64,000 bases of DNA from NCBI GenBank assembly GCA_964016885.1, contig OZ024756.1:17856001-17920000 (forward strand), read 5' to 3'. Origin of the DNA: Eledone cirrhosa (Eukaryota). Each line of letters opens with the position of its first letter. The first letter of the stretch is position 1. The notes under the pieces were generated by a model that was not told where the DNA came from, did no database searches, and saw only the letters and a list, made by a program, of their open reading frames with translations. Shown here piece after piece: positions 26,746 to 41,465 of the stretch. The translations under genes and the position numbers were made by a program.

Positions 26746-27549
26746 TCTGTTATAACCTGTATTGCCCTATATTTATTTATACATAGTATATATATATTAT
26801 TTATTATATATAAATTAACGATTTTATTTATATATTATTTACAATTTGTGTGTAGGCAGGTCTCGCTGGAAATAGGGTGGGGTGGAATTGAGGGTATTAT
26901 GTGACTGTTTAGGGGTGAGGGTGGCTCCAAAAGTTTGAGAATCTCTGTTATAACCTATCATATGATTTGCTATGGGTGAGTGTGAATTCTGTAGGAGAAA
27001 ATGCAGACTTAGAATGGTATATTATGGTCCCTTAACTCCTGATGGATTTGTATTTTTCTTAAAATAAATAATATCAAAATCTCATAGATTCGATATTATG
27101 TGAGATAAAGCCTTTACCGCGAAAATACAATAGTAAATATAGAGTAATGTAAATGCTAAAGAGTTAAGCCTAGCAGTGTCCATCCCTCACCATACCTGAG
27201 GATAGCAGATTTCTTCCAGAGAAGGATAGAAAATTAGAGAGAAAGGAAGTGGAAAAGAGATATGGAGGAAGAACCATACCCAGTACTAGACTGGAACTTT
27301 TTTATTGACCTCAAAAAGATGAAAGGCAAAGTTGACCTTTGCGGGATTTGAACTCAGAGAGTAGAGAGCAGTAACAAATAACACAAAGCATTCTATCCCA
27401 CGTTCTAACAACTCTGCCAATTGTCCGATATGGTCAGAATAAAAAATGTTAAAATCTAGGTTCATAACCTTACCAAACTAAGTTGAAATTATTTTATTTT
27501 GGAGAATAGGGTGCACAGCTGTGAGAAAGGGGGGTGGGTAGTGTGTAGA

Positions 27550-27945
27550 GCTAGCCTAGTGTTCCGTCATACCTAGAGCACTAAACACTCAGCTGTTCCT
27601 TCATGCCTGGAGCACTTAACACCCAACCGTTCCCTCATGCCTAGACCACTAAACACTCAAGTGTTCCTTCATACCTAGACCACTAAACACTCAAGTGTTC
27701 CTTCATACCTAGAGCACTAAACACTCAAGTATTCCCTCATGCCTAGAGCACTAAACACTCAAGTATTCCCTCATGCCTAGAGCACTAAACACTCAAGTAT
27801 TCCCTCATAGCTAGAGCACTAAACACTCAAGTATTCCCTCATACCTAGAGCATAACACCCAGCCGTTCCTTCATGCCTGGAGCACTAAACACCCAGCTGT
27901 TTCCTCATGTCTGGAGCACTAAACGCTCAAGTGTTCCCTCATGCC
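27550..27945. repeat. 34-bp minisatellite
   Basis: Unit cctagagcactaaacactcaagtattccctcatg. Confidence 0.9.
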
Positions 27946-28281
27946 AATAGAATAATGTGTTTATGAGCCATCTAGGGCACAAATGCCACAGGTTCATCAC
28001 CCCTCCTTTAGCATATATTAATTTCGAACATGTTTTTCTAAATTACCACTCCTTACACCGTAAATGTGGTTGGCGTTAGAAAGGCCTTCCAGCTGTAAAA
28101 ATCCCAGCCAAAATACAGTTCTGTCTGAGCAAGCCGCGGCGCAGCCAGCTGGCCAGACTTTGTCTCATGACATGGGCAACTCGTCTAACCCATGCAAATA
28201 TGGGAAATAAGATATTAAACAGTGATGATGATGATGATGATGATGATTACCTGTTTTATTGTGTGAGATGTTAGCAAAATA

Positions 28282-28616
28282 CAGTAGGACCTCTGTTCAC
28301 GAATGCTTCTCATCACGAAGAAATACTCTGTCCACAAACAGTATTTCCGAACATAAGACATCTCAGTTGATGGACATTCAAGCTGGCAACAACAGTTGGC
28401 AACAAGCTGGAAGTATCAGTGGGAAAGTGTCACTTGCTGTGTAGTTAGTTACTATGGTGATATCTATCTGTCTTTCACACACATTCACTCTTTCTCTCTC
28501 TCACTGTAGTTCTCTCTCAACATTTCGAATGGAAAAAAGTGGTTTTGGTTTGCGAACATTTCGGGTGACGAGCGGCCTTCAGGAATGAATTAAGTTCATG
28601 AACCAAGGTTTCACTG
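28282..28616. mobile_element. Tc1/pogo-type MITE
   Basis: TA|CAGTAGGACCTCTGTTCACGAA ... TTCATGAACCAAGGTTTCACTG|TA: imperfect 22-bp TIRs and TA TSD. Confidence 0.65.
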
Positions 28617-29112
28617 TATTTAAAAAACCTTTAATTACCAGCCATTGTTCACCTGTCCTATTGCGTGAGCTGTTAGCAAAACAAAATGAAAAAAAAAAAT
28701 AATTACATTTTCTTCTCTCCCTGAAAAAAAAACAATACTTCTAATGACCTTCTCCTGCCAACCACGACTGGAATGTACCGGAAAATTTGACAATTACAAT
28801 TTCAAATGTTTGTGTCAATATTTATATTTTCTGCTTGAGGAAATGTCAAAAACAGCCAACAAACAGAGCAATGAGAAGATTTATAGAATAAAACATCTCT
28901 TTGTATGTCATCATTTCATGTCCGAGAGCAGAAGAGCTTAGTGGGGGCTTTTTTTTTTTTATCTTTAATTTTAAATTATTCTTGCATTTGGGGTTTTTAA
29001 GACAACAGCCACCACGTCCACTACTACTACTGATACTGCTGCTGCTGCTACTACTGCTGCTACTACTACTAATACTGCTGCTGCTGCTACTACTACTGCT
29101 GCTGCTGCTGCC

Positions 29113-29155
<43 letters not shown>

Positions 29156-29319
29156 TACACATGCACACTGCTGCCTCCATCACCATCGCCCCAATCACCA
29201 AAGCTACTATTACTGCCCCCACAACTACTACAACTACTATTGCCCCCACTGTGGCCACCACCACCACCACCACCACCATCACCATCACAACTATGGCAGA
29301 CGCCACAGCAATAGACACC

Positions 29320-29520
29320 AATAACCTGAAGGTGTGTCACAACACTTTAGTGTGTCACCAATAATCTGAAGGTGTATCACAATACTTTAGTGTGTCACCA
29401 ATAATCTGAAGGTGTGTCACAACACTTTAGTGTGTCACCAATAATCTGAAGGTGTGTCACCAATAATCTGAAGGTGTGTCACAACACTTTAGTGTGTCAC
29501 CAATAAACTCTAGGTGTGTT
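29320..29520. repeat. 40-bp tandem repeat
   Basis: Unit ataatctgaaggtgtgtcacaacactttagtgtgtcacca. Confidence 0.85.
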
Positions 29521-30908
29521 AAATATCTCTAAGTTAAATATGATCAATTTTTATCAATATTTGGTTGTGAAATGTATATATAATATTTGGCTGTGAAGTA
29601 TATATATTTGAGATCTGGCAACTGTCTATATAATATTTAGCGGTGAAGTGTATATGTCAGATCTGGCAACTGTCTATATAATATTTGGCTGTGAAGTATA
29701 TATATTTGAGATCTGGCAACTGTCTATATAATATTTGGTGGTGAAGTATATATATTTTATATTTAGAAGCTAGCTGTTTATATAATATTTGATTGTGAAG
29801 TGTATATATTTAATTGTTTCTACTTTTGGCACAAGGCCAGTAATTACCCAGTGCATTACTGGTACTTTATTTTATCGACCCCGTAAGGATGAAAGGCAAA
29901 GTTAACCTCAGCAACTTGTATATACACTTCACAAATATATACACTTCATAACCAAATATTAAATAGGCAGTTGACAGATCTTAAATATGTACACTTCACA
30001 GCCAAATATTATATAGACAGTTGCCAAATATAAAATATATACAGTTCACAGCCAAATATAGTTCAGATTTGACCACTGTATGTATAATTAGACTAGTGAC
30101 TGGTGACATGTGATTCAATAGTATTTTTTAACAATAATATTAATTTTGTGTCACTCACAAATCTTGGTCACGATATATTTTGTTTTTTTAAAGTTTATCA
30201 CAAATGGGAAGCATTTGAAAAGCTGTAAACTTATCATATTATCATTATCATCTCCATATAAAGTTTATTTGCCCTGTTTACATAGGCTAAAGTGGTTGTC
30301 ATGTTGAGAAGCCAGATAGATTAGATAACCACAGCTTGTTGATATGATCGATTTCAGGCTAAAAGGGTTGTTATGTTTTTAAGCCAGATAGATCAGGTGA
30401 CCAATCTTGCTGATAATGATCTGTTTCAAGCTAGTATTTCTTCAGCTTGATCGCCTTCCTAATACCTAATGACTTTACAAAGTGGAAGGGTTGCTTTTAC
30501 TCTTGATACCAGCATTACTACCTTACACAACAGACTTGGTGCATTTTTGTTGTGTCGCCAGCATGACCACCTTACACAGTGGACAAGATGCTTTTTATGC
30601 TGTGATGCCAGTACAACTACCTTGCAGAGTGGACTAGGTGCTCTTTGGCATGCTACCAGTACGACCACCTTACTTCATGGGGTGGGTGCTTTTCTCATGG
30701 CACTAGTAAAACCACCTTACAGGGTCACTGGGTGATCTTTGGTGTGGCACCAACACTACAACCCTACAGCATAGACTGGGAGCTTTTTTGTCATGGCACC
30801 AGTACAACCATTTTACAGGATGAACAGGCAGCTTTTTGTTGTGAGAGACCAGTATGACCCCCTAAAAGTGTGGATTGGAGGCTTTTTGCATGGCACCAAC
30901 ACAACCAG

Positions 30909-31137
30909 TTAACCCTTTATCATTTACATTACTCTATATTTACTATTGTATTTTCACAGTAGATACTTTATGTCATATAATTATTTCACATAATATCGAA
31001 GCTATGAGATTTTGATTTTATTTATTTTGAGAACAATAACTCAACATCAGTATGAGCGACTGATTACATCTGGTTTGAACAGAGAGGGGTACGAGAATTC
31101 TGGCTGGATACGGCCGATTAAGATGCTAAAGGATTAA
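30909..31137. mobile_element. piggyBac-type MITE
   Basis: Same family in reverse orientation, TTAA at both ends. Confidence 0.75.
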
Positions 31138-31637
31138 GAGGGTGGAGAAAGGATATAATTTTGTTTTTAAATACATTGAAATAATTAAAAAAACAGTTAT
31201 TCTAGAGAAAGACTTGAACCCAGAATCTGAGGGAAGCCAAATATTGATTTTGAAAAAAACAATATTCTTTACCAGTTCTGCCAAATAATCTGACCTCCCA
31301 ATTAAGCCAATGATGAAAACATTTCTATAAATTCTATATTAGTAAACCCATTTCTATTAACCTTCTGCTGCCAAACATTGTAAGAATTTGACATGTTGAT
31401 CAAATACCAGTAAATATGACAGTTCAAAGATATGTTCCACCCCACCATCCCACACCCACCCCACACCCACCACACACACACCACACCACCTCCCACAATC
31501 TCCATCTGCACCATCAACCCAACTTAAACTTTAACTAAAATTTTTGTCATGTTTTGTTTATTTTTCCCCTTGGGGGTGGGGGCGAGTATGTGTGTAGCAT
31601 AACAAAAGCTGACTATTAAAATAAAAAATGAGACAAT

Positions 31638-31650
31638 GTATGTATATATA

Positions 31651-31707
<57 letters not shown>

Positions 31708-32063
31708 CTGTGTGCATGTGTGTGTGTATTTATATATATATATACATGTATGTATATATATATATATATGCATGTATATCTATATATATGTTTATATATA
31801 TATGTGTGTGTGTGTGTGTATTTATATATATATATATATTACATCTATATATATATATGCATGTACATATATATGTTTGTATATATATATATGTATGTAT
31901 GTATATATATATGTGTATATATATATTATGTTTTTTGTCCAAATGTAAAAACGTTGATGATGATATATATATATATATATATACATGTATGTATATATAT
32001 ATATATATATACATACATATATATGTAAATATATATATATATATATGTATGTATATATATATA

Positions 32064-32111
<48 letters not shown>

Positions 32112-32446
32112 TATATATATATATAAATATACACACATATACACATATACACACACACACATATATATACACACATACATACTTATATCATCATCATCTT
32201 TTTACATCCGCTTTTCCCTGCTATGTGTGTGTGTATATATGTGTATATATATATATGTATACATACATATATATGTATGTATATATATATATATATATAT
32301 ACATACATCATATATATATACAAATATATATGTATATATATATATGTATATATATATGTATATTTATATATCTATGTATATATATGTATATTTATATATA
32401 CATGTATGTATAAATGTATATGTATATATACATGTATATATATATA
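31638..32446. repeat. Long (TA)/(TG)n compound microsatellite
   Basis: Seen directly; others at 41050-41468, 42018-42165, 51438-51620, 51970-52265 and 62870-63310. Confidence 0.95.
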
Positions 32447-32998
32447 GTCGTTGGCGACTAAACTAGCAACCCCACCAAGGTTTCTTGGTGAGGAGGGTGA
32501 CTTTGGACGTCCTGCAGGACTAAAAACAAAACCTGTCAAAGGGCAAAGGAGCTCTTAAGAGTCAATGGCCATACAAAATCACTGGGAGAGATGACCCCTT
32601 AGCCTTTGTCAAGGCAGAATTCTAGGAGAAGGAAAACTCTGATATAACACCTGCAACCCTGATGGTATCCAATGATGTTGACTTGTTCTTCTTTTTGGTA
32701 AATATCATCTTGGTTAAGAGAGTGGGACTGGCTTTGTGCAGTGCCTTTGCTCACTATAAAAGCTTCACGGCACAGGCATTGCTTTATATCTGGAGATCTC
32801 TCTGCACTTGCCGTCACATGGTACCATGGGCCCAGCACTGTGTCAATAATTGTCACAAGTGTAGTGTTTGTACCAGAGTTTTCAAGTCGCTGGCTGGACT
32901 AAAAATTCACACTCGTTCAGCGCATCGGTAGGGGTTCTCCTACATGGATATAAAGTAGTGGCCGTACTCGAAAACGAGTTGGCAGCCACCATATGTAT

Positions 32999-33036
<38 letters not shown>

Positions 33037-33675
33037 ATATGTATGTATATATATATATATATATATGTCAGGTCACCAGTTGGTGCTACTGGTAACATGT
33101 ATCCCAGTACAACCTGTCTCATGGTCGGGTCGTTGGCAACTAAACTGGCAACCCCATCAAGGTTTCTTGGTGAGGAGAGTGACTTTGGACATCCTGCAGG
33201 ACTAAAAACAAAATCTGTCAAAGGGCAAAGGAGCTCCTAAGAGTCAATGGCCATCCAAAATCACCGGGAGAGATGACCCCTTAACCTTTGTCAAGGCAGA
33301 ATTCTAGGAGAATGAAAACTCTGATATAACGCCTGCAACTCTGATGGTATCCAATGATGTTGACTTGTTATTCTTTTTGGTAAATATCATCTTGGTTAAC
33401 AGAGTGGGACTGGCTTTGTGCAGTGCCTTTGCTCACTATAAAAGCTTCACGGCACAGGCATTGCTTTATATCTGGAGATCTCTCTGCACTTGTCGTCACA
33501 TGGTGCCATGGGCCCAGCACTATGTGTCAATAATTGTCACATGTGTAGTGTTTGTACCAGAGTTTTCAAGTCGCTGGCCGGACTAAAAAGTCACACTTGT
33601 TTAGCACATCGGTAGGGGTTCTCCTACATAGATATAAAGTAGTGGCCGTACTCGAAAACGAGTTGGCAGCCACCA
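32446..33675 (+). mobile_element. Two tandem copies (32446-32992, ~33070-33675) of a non-autonomous RTE/BovB-like element
   Basis: Near-identical ~550-bp units separated by (TA)n; the 3' part encodes the C2H2 finger CSVCTRVFKSLAGLKIHTRSAH. Confidence 0.6.
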
Positions 33676-33688
33676 TATATATATATAT

Positions 33689-33734
<46 letters not shown>

Positions 33735-33769
33735 GTATATATTATATACATATATATATATGTATATAG

Positions 33770-34138
33770 AACAAAAAAACAACTAGTAACATGTAAATAA
33801 ACAAATAAATAAACAAATAAAAACACACACAGACACCCGGATGTAACACATGTGCAAACTAAGCACACAACACACACAAAAACAAGATGGCGTAGGACAG
33901 AACTAAAGAGAGGCACAAAACAAAGAAAAGAATCCCTGGTCACTGATGAGGTCACAGAATGTGTGACGAAAGAACTGTGACAATATATGAACAACCGTCC
34001 GGTTGTGGAACCAACCAACCAACCGTAAATTTATAAATTTTTTTAATTTATAATTTAATTTATAATAAATTGGAGTGAAAACAACTGGTGCGTGTGTTTC
34101 TTACTGGCAACATGACCCTCCCAAAGTATAACAATATA
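33770..34138 (+). mobile_element. Penelope-like pLTR copy with hammerhead
   Basis: Reverse-complement homolog of 50428-50780; CTGATGA at 33943-33949, stem GTCACA/TGTGAC, GAAA. Confidence 0.7.
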
Positions 34139-34189
34139 TATATATACATATATATATATATTTATAGTATATATATATTTCTATATATA

Positions 34190-35113
34190 CTAGCAGTGGT
34201 ACCCGGCGTTGTACGGGATAAGGTATTTTGGAACGCGGGCCGCCAACAGACCTAATCGTGGAAAAACTGCATGCCTGGACAATATGTAAAGAAAATAAAC
34301 CAAATACTCTGATGGCTGGATAATCTTTAAGATTTTCCTTGATGAAGCAGGAAAAATGCAGGTTTTCACCTAATGCAGGCCCTTAGGGATCAAGAAAATA
34401 AATTTTTTTATGTGCATAATATGCCTTGAAATTTCAGGAAAAGCGGCTAGACGTAACGCCTCCAAAAAGGCCTAAAAAGCTGAAAAAATGAATTTTTTTT
34501 CACCTAATGAGCCCTAGGTCATAAAAAAGTTGGATTTTCTTTGCTCACGGTATGAAGAAAAGACTGACTAATACATAGTTACAATTTCAAGGAAATCGGT
34601 CTGAGGTAACGCCTCAAATAACCCCTAAAAACCTGAAAAAACGCAGGTTTTCACCTAAGAGATCAAAAAATTGAAAAAAAAACCCTAGGAGATCAAAATA
34701 TTGAATCTTTTTATGCGCATAACACTCCCTGAAACATAAGTAATACACATGTAAAGTTTGAAAAGAATCGGTTGGGTACTTCTCGAGTTTTAGGGATTCA
34801 AACTCACACACACACACACACAGACATCCTCAGGGAAGTGACATAATACAGACAGATATTATAAGGGCGCGACCTTATATGTATGTATCTATCTAAAAAG
34901 AGAAAGACTAAGAATTATAGAGAGAGATCGTTAAATCGCCTAATGTGGTCCCTAGGGCATTGAAAATTTGAATTTTTTTTTGCTCAGAACATTCCCTGAA
35001 ACATAAGTATTACATGTGTAAAGTTTGAAAACAGTCGTTTGGGTGCTTCTCTAGTTTTAGGGATTCAAACTCACACACACACAGACAGACATCCTCAGTT
35101 TTATATATATAGA
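34190..35113 (-). mobile_element. Non-autonomous Helitron
   Basis: Minus strand starts TC (35113) and ends CTAG (34190), with a subterminal GC hairpin CCCG..CGGG at 34202-34217; inserted at A|T in a TA tract; internal duplications. Confidence 0.7.
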
Positions 35114-35769
35114 TATGTATGTATATATGTATATATATACATATATATATGTGTGTGTATGTATGTATGTATATATGTGTGTATACAAAGTTTCATTTAA
35201 AGGATAATTGTTTCTACTTTAGGCACAAGGCCAGCAAATACCTAGTGCATTACTGGTACTTTATTTTATCGACCCTGTAAGGATGAAAGGCAAAGTCAAC
35301 CTCGGCGGGATTTGAACTCAGATCGTAAAGGGACGTAACTATGCTGGGAAGCATGGCGTCCGACCCTCTACTGATACTGCCAATCCACCGCCCTAGGATA
35401 ATGACATCCAGACATGCCATACAGTGATTGCAAAAGACTGAACAGAAATATCTGTGATTGACATGAAGTAGAGGAGGAGGGGGAGTGGATGTGAGGGAGA
35501 TGGGGAGGGGGAGGTGGTGGTAGTGGTGGTGAAAGGACGAGGATGAGGTGGTCACGAGGGTGAAAGAGGTGGAGGAGGAACGGGGAGGAAAGGGAGGGGC
35601 AATGTGAGGATGGGGATGAGGGAGGAAGAGCTAACCTTGGTGGAATTTAAACTCACACAGTGCAGACAGTCGGTAGAAAAATACTATGCAACATTTTGTC
35701 CTACAATCCAACAACTTCAGCAGTTCAGCACTCAGGGGTGGAAGGGGTGGCCTACAATCAGCTCAGACA

Positions 35770-36712
35770 ATGAAAGAGCTTCACAAATGGAAGGACGGCT
35801 ACCCAGGGGTGGCCTGTGAAACTTTGATCAGCTCTCATCATGAAATAACCTCACAAATGGAAGGACGACTACCCAGGGTGGGTGACTGGGTGGCTTGTGA
35901 AACTTTGATTAGCTCACACCATCAAAGAGCCTCACAAATGTAAGGATGGCTACCCAGAGTGACTGGCTGGGTGGCCTGTGAAACTTTGATCAGATCTCAT
36001 CATGAAATAGCCTCACAAATGGAAGGACGACTACCCAGGGTGGGTGACTGGGTGGCTTGTGAAACTTTGATTAGCTCACACCATCAAAGAGCCTCACAAA
36101 TATAAGGATGGCTACCCAGAGTGACTGGCTGGGTGGCCTGTGAAACTTTGATCAGCTCTCATCATGAAATAACCTCACAAATGGAAGGACGACTACCCAG
36201 GGTGGGTGACTGGGTGGCTTGTGAAACTTTGATTAGCTCACACCATCAAAGAGCCTCACAAATGTAAGGATGGCTACCCAGAGTGACTGGCTGGGTGGCC
36301 TGTGAAACTTTGATCAGATCTCATCATGAAATAGCCTCACAAATGGAAGGACGACTACCCAGGGTGGGTGACTGGGTGGCTTGTGAAACTTTGATTAGCT
36401 CACACCATCAAAGAGCCTCACAAATGTAAAGATGGCTACCCAGAGTGACTGGCTGGGTGGCCTGTGAAACTTTGATCAGCTCTCATCATGAAATAACCTC
36501 ACAAATGGAAGGACAACTACCCAGGGTGGGTGACTGGGTGGCTTGTGAAACTTTGATTAGCTCACACCATCAAAGAGCATCACAAATGTAAGGATGGCTA
36601 CCCAGAGTGACTGGCTGGGTGGCCTGTGAAACTTTGATCAGATCTCATCATGAAATAGCCTCACAAATGGAAGGACGACTACCCAGGGTGGGTGACTGGG
36701 TGGCTTGTGAAA
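35770..36712. repeat. 81-bp satellite with 162- and 324-bp higher-order structure
   Basis: gaaactttgat recurs every 81 bp from 35818, with alternating diagnostic variants. Confidence 0.92.
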
Positions 36713-37059
36713 TGGAAGGGTTAACTGCAGTAGACTCACATAAACTTCTTTGGTTCCCTGCAGTCATGACTGACCTTGGCATTGCACCTAGAAAGTTCAT
36801 CTCTGCATTACAAGCTTGGGTAAGGTGTTTCATAGATGAGCAGCAGTCTCGCATGTACACCTATCTCCCCTCTCCACACCACACGAGTGGTGTATTGCTG
36901 GAAGTGCGTGGTTGTGCAGCTGTATCCACCCCACAAAAATGAAAAAAATTGTTGCTGGAAAATTTGGCTTTGTTGGCAAATTCTTAATTTTCAAAAAGAT
37001 ATTGTATACTTTGCTCGTTTATTTTAATTACAAAAAACATAATAAAATATGTACAATAC

Positions 37060-37812
37060 TTTTGGCACAAGGCCAGCAATTATCCCAGTGTATTACTGGT
37101 ACTTTATTTTATCGACCCTGTAAGGATGAAAGGCAAAGTTAACCTCGGCAGGATTTGAACTCAGATCATAAAGGGAGGTAACTCTATGCTTCAAAGCATG
37201 GTGTCCGACCCTCTACCGATACAGCCGATCCAATACAATAATGAATAAAGATATCATTATAATGGTTTCTGATTTCAGCGCGGGGCCAACAATTTTTGGG
37301 TAATGGAAAAGTCGATTAAATCAACCCCAGTGCATTACTGGTACTTTATTCTATCGACCACGTAGGGATGAAAAGCAAAGCTAACCTCAGTGGCATTTGA
37401 ACCCAGAACTTAAAGGGCCATAACTCTGTGTTGCTAAGCATGTGGTCCTCCGACGCTCTACCGATTCTGCCAATCCCCACCCATAAAGATGTCATAATAA
37501 TTGTTTCTGATTTAAGCACGAGGCCAGCAATGTTTGAGGAATGGAAGAGTCGATTAAATCGACCCCCAGTGCATTACTGCTACTTTATTTTATCGATTTC
37601 CGAAGGATGAAAGGCAAGGCTAACCTCGCCGGGATTTGAACTCAGACCATAAAGGGCCATAACTCTTTGCTGCAAAGCATGGTGTCTGACGCTCTACCAA
37701 TACTGCCAATCCACCGGCCTTACTGCCAAGTCATAATAATTATTTCTACTTTTGGCACAAGGCCAGCAATTATCCCAGTGCATTACTGGTATTTTATTTT
37801 ATCGACCCCGAT
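37060..37812 (-). mobile_element. Cluster of four family 2 SINEs
   Basis: Repeated ggcacaaggccagc...gggatttgaactcag modules. Confidence 0.8.
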
Positions 37813-39327
37813 TGGCCTACAGAAACATTTTTGTTGGAAAATTATGAATGTCTGCACTTCCCTAAATGAACGGAACAATATACTTATGTACCATATTATA
37901 CATGATGTTGTCCAAGGAAAAGGCAAAAGCTTATACAGCTTCACATTGGTGTTATCATAACTCATTGTTTCCAGTTGTGTGAACTGGAGCAACATATGAA
38001 TAAAGTGTCTTGATCAAGGAAACAACTTACCTGCTCATAAAATGTATTAGTAGCTGAGAATCTCACTGGCACATGTATCATTAACTTAATTCTCAGACGA
38101 ATTCAGTATGACATAGTGCGGCACCACAGATACAACTCAGGTTTGTGTTTTTGTTGTTTTTTTGTTCTTTGTTTTTTTTATTCCGAGGTAAAAATTACAT
38201 AAAAATAATAAAGAATTTACTATTTTTGTTAACCATATAGAAAAAGAAAGTAGTATTGTAAAGTACTATAAAGGCCATAAATGAGAGGAACAAGGGTTAC
38301 TAGGCAATGGAAGAAAGAAGGGGAAAGCTGAGAGGGTGACAGACTCTACACCTAGGTCAGAGTGGTGTTTCGGTTGTACCTCACAGACAAAAAGGCAATG
38401 GCATTTCCGCAGACAATGGCCAGCAACACCCACTGCAACAGCCACCCCACCTCATGGAGCGTCTTCCTTTGATGGACTGCGGTCATTCCTATCATACATA
38501 GGAAGTCAGCTGTACAGGGTTCGATAATGTCTCAACAGCGACTAGTGCCAGCTGAGTGGACTTGAGTGATGTGAAATAGAGTGTTTTGCTCAAGGACAAA
38601 ACATGCTGCTTCCTGGCTTCAAACTTACAATTATGAGTTCAAGATCCTAACCACTAAACCATGTCTCTTAATACTTCATGAAATGCTTTGCAAAATGAAA
38701 AAAAAAAAAAAATTATAATAATTGTTTCTACTTTTGGCACAAGGCCAGCAATTACCCAGTAGATTACTGGTACTTTATTTTATCGACCCCATAAGGATGA
38801 AAGGCAAAGTTAACCTCGGCGGGATTTGAACTCAGAATGGCAAGGGCCGTAACTCTAGACGTCAAAAATTATAATAATGATTTCTGATTTAGGCACAATG
38901 ATAGTAATAATAATCTAATATATATTGATTGGAGAACTGCGAGACTGTATCCAATTTATTATTTTACATTACATTATTAAAATAAGTATGGTCTGAGTTC
39001 AAATCCCGCCGAGGTTAACTTTGCCTTTCATCCTTACGGGGTCGATAAAATAAAGTACCAGTAATGCACTGGGTAATTGCTGGCCTTGTGCCAAAAGTAG
39101 AAACAATTATTAAAATAAGTTGGATTACTTTGAATAAATCATGAATGAATATTATGTAATTTATCTACTAAATTTCTTAGCTCTTGATTAAACATAAATA
39201 ATCTTATATATAATGTATTGTTTATTTCAAGATTAACTTGTTAAAACTTTCAAATGTCAACTTCTTATATCATAACGTTTATATATTTCCATCATTAAAT
39301 CATAACATTTGTATTTCTGTTGTTAAT

Positions 39328-39665
39328 ATGGAGGCACATGGCTTAGTGGTTAGAGCATTGGCCTTGCAATCGAAAGGTTGTGAGTTCAATTCTCAGACCG
39401 GGTGATGTGTTGTTTCCTTGAGCAAGACACTTTATTTCACATTGCTCCAGTTTACTCAGCTGTAGAAATGAGATGATAGGGACTGGGGTCCCTATCATTC
39501 CACTGCAAAGTGGTCGTGGAGGTGCCACCGCAAAAAAAGCACCCAGCACTCACTGTAAATGAGGTTGGTGTTAGGAAGGGCATCCAGCTGTAGAAATCAA
39601 GCCAGAATCAGTTCCCGTCCCACCCTTGCAAGCAGGTAACAAGCGGACGTAAAATGATGATAAAA
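39328..39665 (+). mobile_element. SINE family 1, full-length copy
   Basis: Near-identical to 11601-11942. Confidence 0.85.
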
Positions 39666-39894
39666 TGATGAATCTCATTTTTCTCCTTTTTCATTTTAAC
39701 AAATATTTATTTCTAAGATTTCACCACAGGGATAACATACATATTTATACCTACATAAAAGACACACCGAGAGACATGTCATCTATTTTAAATGTATCGA
39801 GGTTTACTTTACTAATTACAGAAGAAAGTGTAACACAGTCTTTGTTCAATTTATGTGCATATTGTCAATTTACTTTTCAATTTTCATATCATAT

Positions 39895-40633
39895 CATATC
39901 TATATGCATTTAAATTTGTGTATAATATCTATATGCATTTAAATGTGTGTATAATATCTATATGCATTTAAATTTGTGTATAATATCTATATGCATTTAA
40001 ATGTGTGTATAATATCTATATGCATTTAAATGTGTGTATAATATCTATATGCATTTAAATTTGTGTATAATATCTATATGCATTTAAATTTGTGTATAAT
40101 ATCTATGTGCATTTAAATTTGTGTATAATATATATATGCATTTAAATTTGTGTATAATATCTATATGCATTTAAATTTGTGTATAATATCTATATGCATT
40201 TAAATGTGTGTATAATATCTATATGCATTTAAATTTGTGTATAATATCTATATGCATTTAAATTTGTGTATAATATCTATATGCATTTAAATGTGTGTAT
40301 AATATCTATATGCATTTAAATTTGTGTATAATATCTATATGCATTTAAATTTGTGTATAATATCTATATGCATTTAAATGTGTGTATAATATCTATATGC
40401 ATTTAAATTTGTGTATAATATTTATATGCATTTAAATTTGTGTATAATATCTATATGCATTTAAATTTGTGTATAATATCTATATGCATTTAAATTTGTG
40501 TATAATATCTATATGCATTTATATTTGTGTATAATATCTATATGCATTTAAATGTGTGTATAATATCTATATGCATTTAAATTTGTGTATAATATCTATA
40601 TGCATTTAAATGTGTGTATAATATCTATATGCA
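39895..40633. repeat. 29-bp minisatellite, ~25 copies
   Basis: Unit aatatctatatgcatttaaat(t/g)tgtgtat. Confidence 0.95.
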
Positions 40634-40982
40634 CACTACACATGGTAGCAGGAGAAGGTTTTTCTGTTAGTAATAATAATAATAAATTGGTAAAATAAAA
40701 TTAAAAAAACATTTTAATCTATCTAATCATACAGGAAACATTTGCTTTGGTTGATAAGGAAAAGATCAAGGGGATTTCTGAGACACTTTATCGTAGTGGT
40801 GGTGGTGGTGGTGGTGGTGGTGGTGGGGTGCTGATCTTACCTCAACCCTCATTCTACACAGATATACTCTCAACTACCTCTCTCTCTAACCCATGCTACC
40901 GTAGAAGATAGTCATTAAACGATGATGATGATAATGATGATGATATATAAATATATATATATATATGTGAATATACATATAT

Positions 40983-41015
<33 letters not shown>

Positions 41016-41047
41016 GTCGTTTAACGTCCATTTTCCACGCTAGCATG

Positions 41048-41169
<122 letters not shown>

Positions 41170-41181
41170 CATATGTATATA

Positions 41182-41299
<118 letters not shown>

Positions 41300-41328
41300 A
41301 TATATGTATATATATATGTATATATATG

Positions 41329-41361
<33 letters not shown>

Positions 41362-41465
41362 TTATATATGTATGTATATGTATATATATGTATGTATAAC
41401 AATATATATGTATGTATATATATATGTGTATGTACATATATATATATATGTATATGTATATACAT

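Noticed and set aside
31558-32466. YI-repeat ORFs (also 40922-41554 and 51361-52327)
   Set aside because: Translations of (TA)n/(TG)n microsatellites.
38290-38530. Possible host exon or L1-like remnant (also 10044-10277)
   Set aside because: No convincing splice pair or recognisable motif; too decayed to call.
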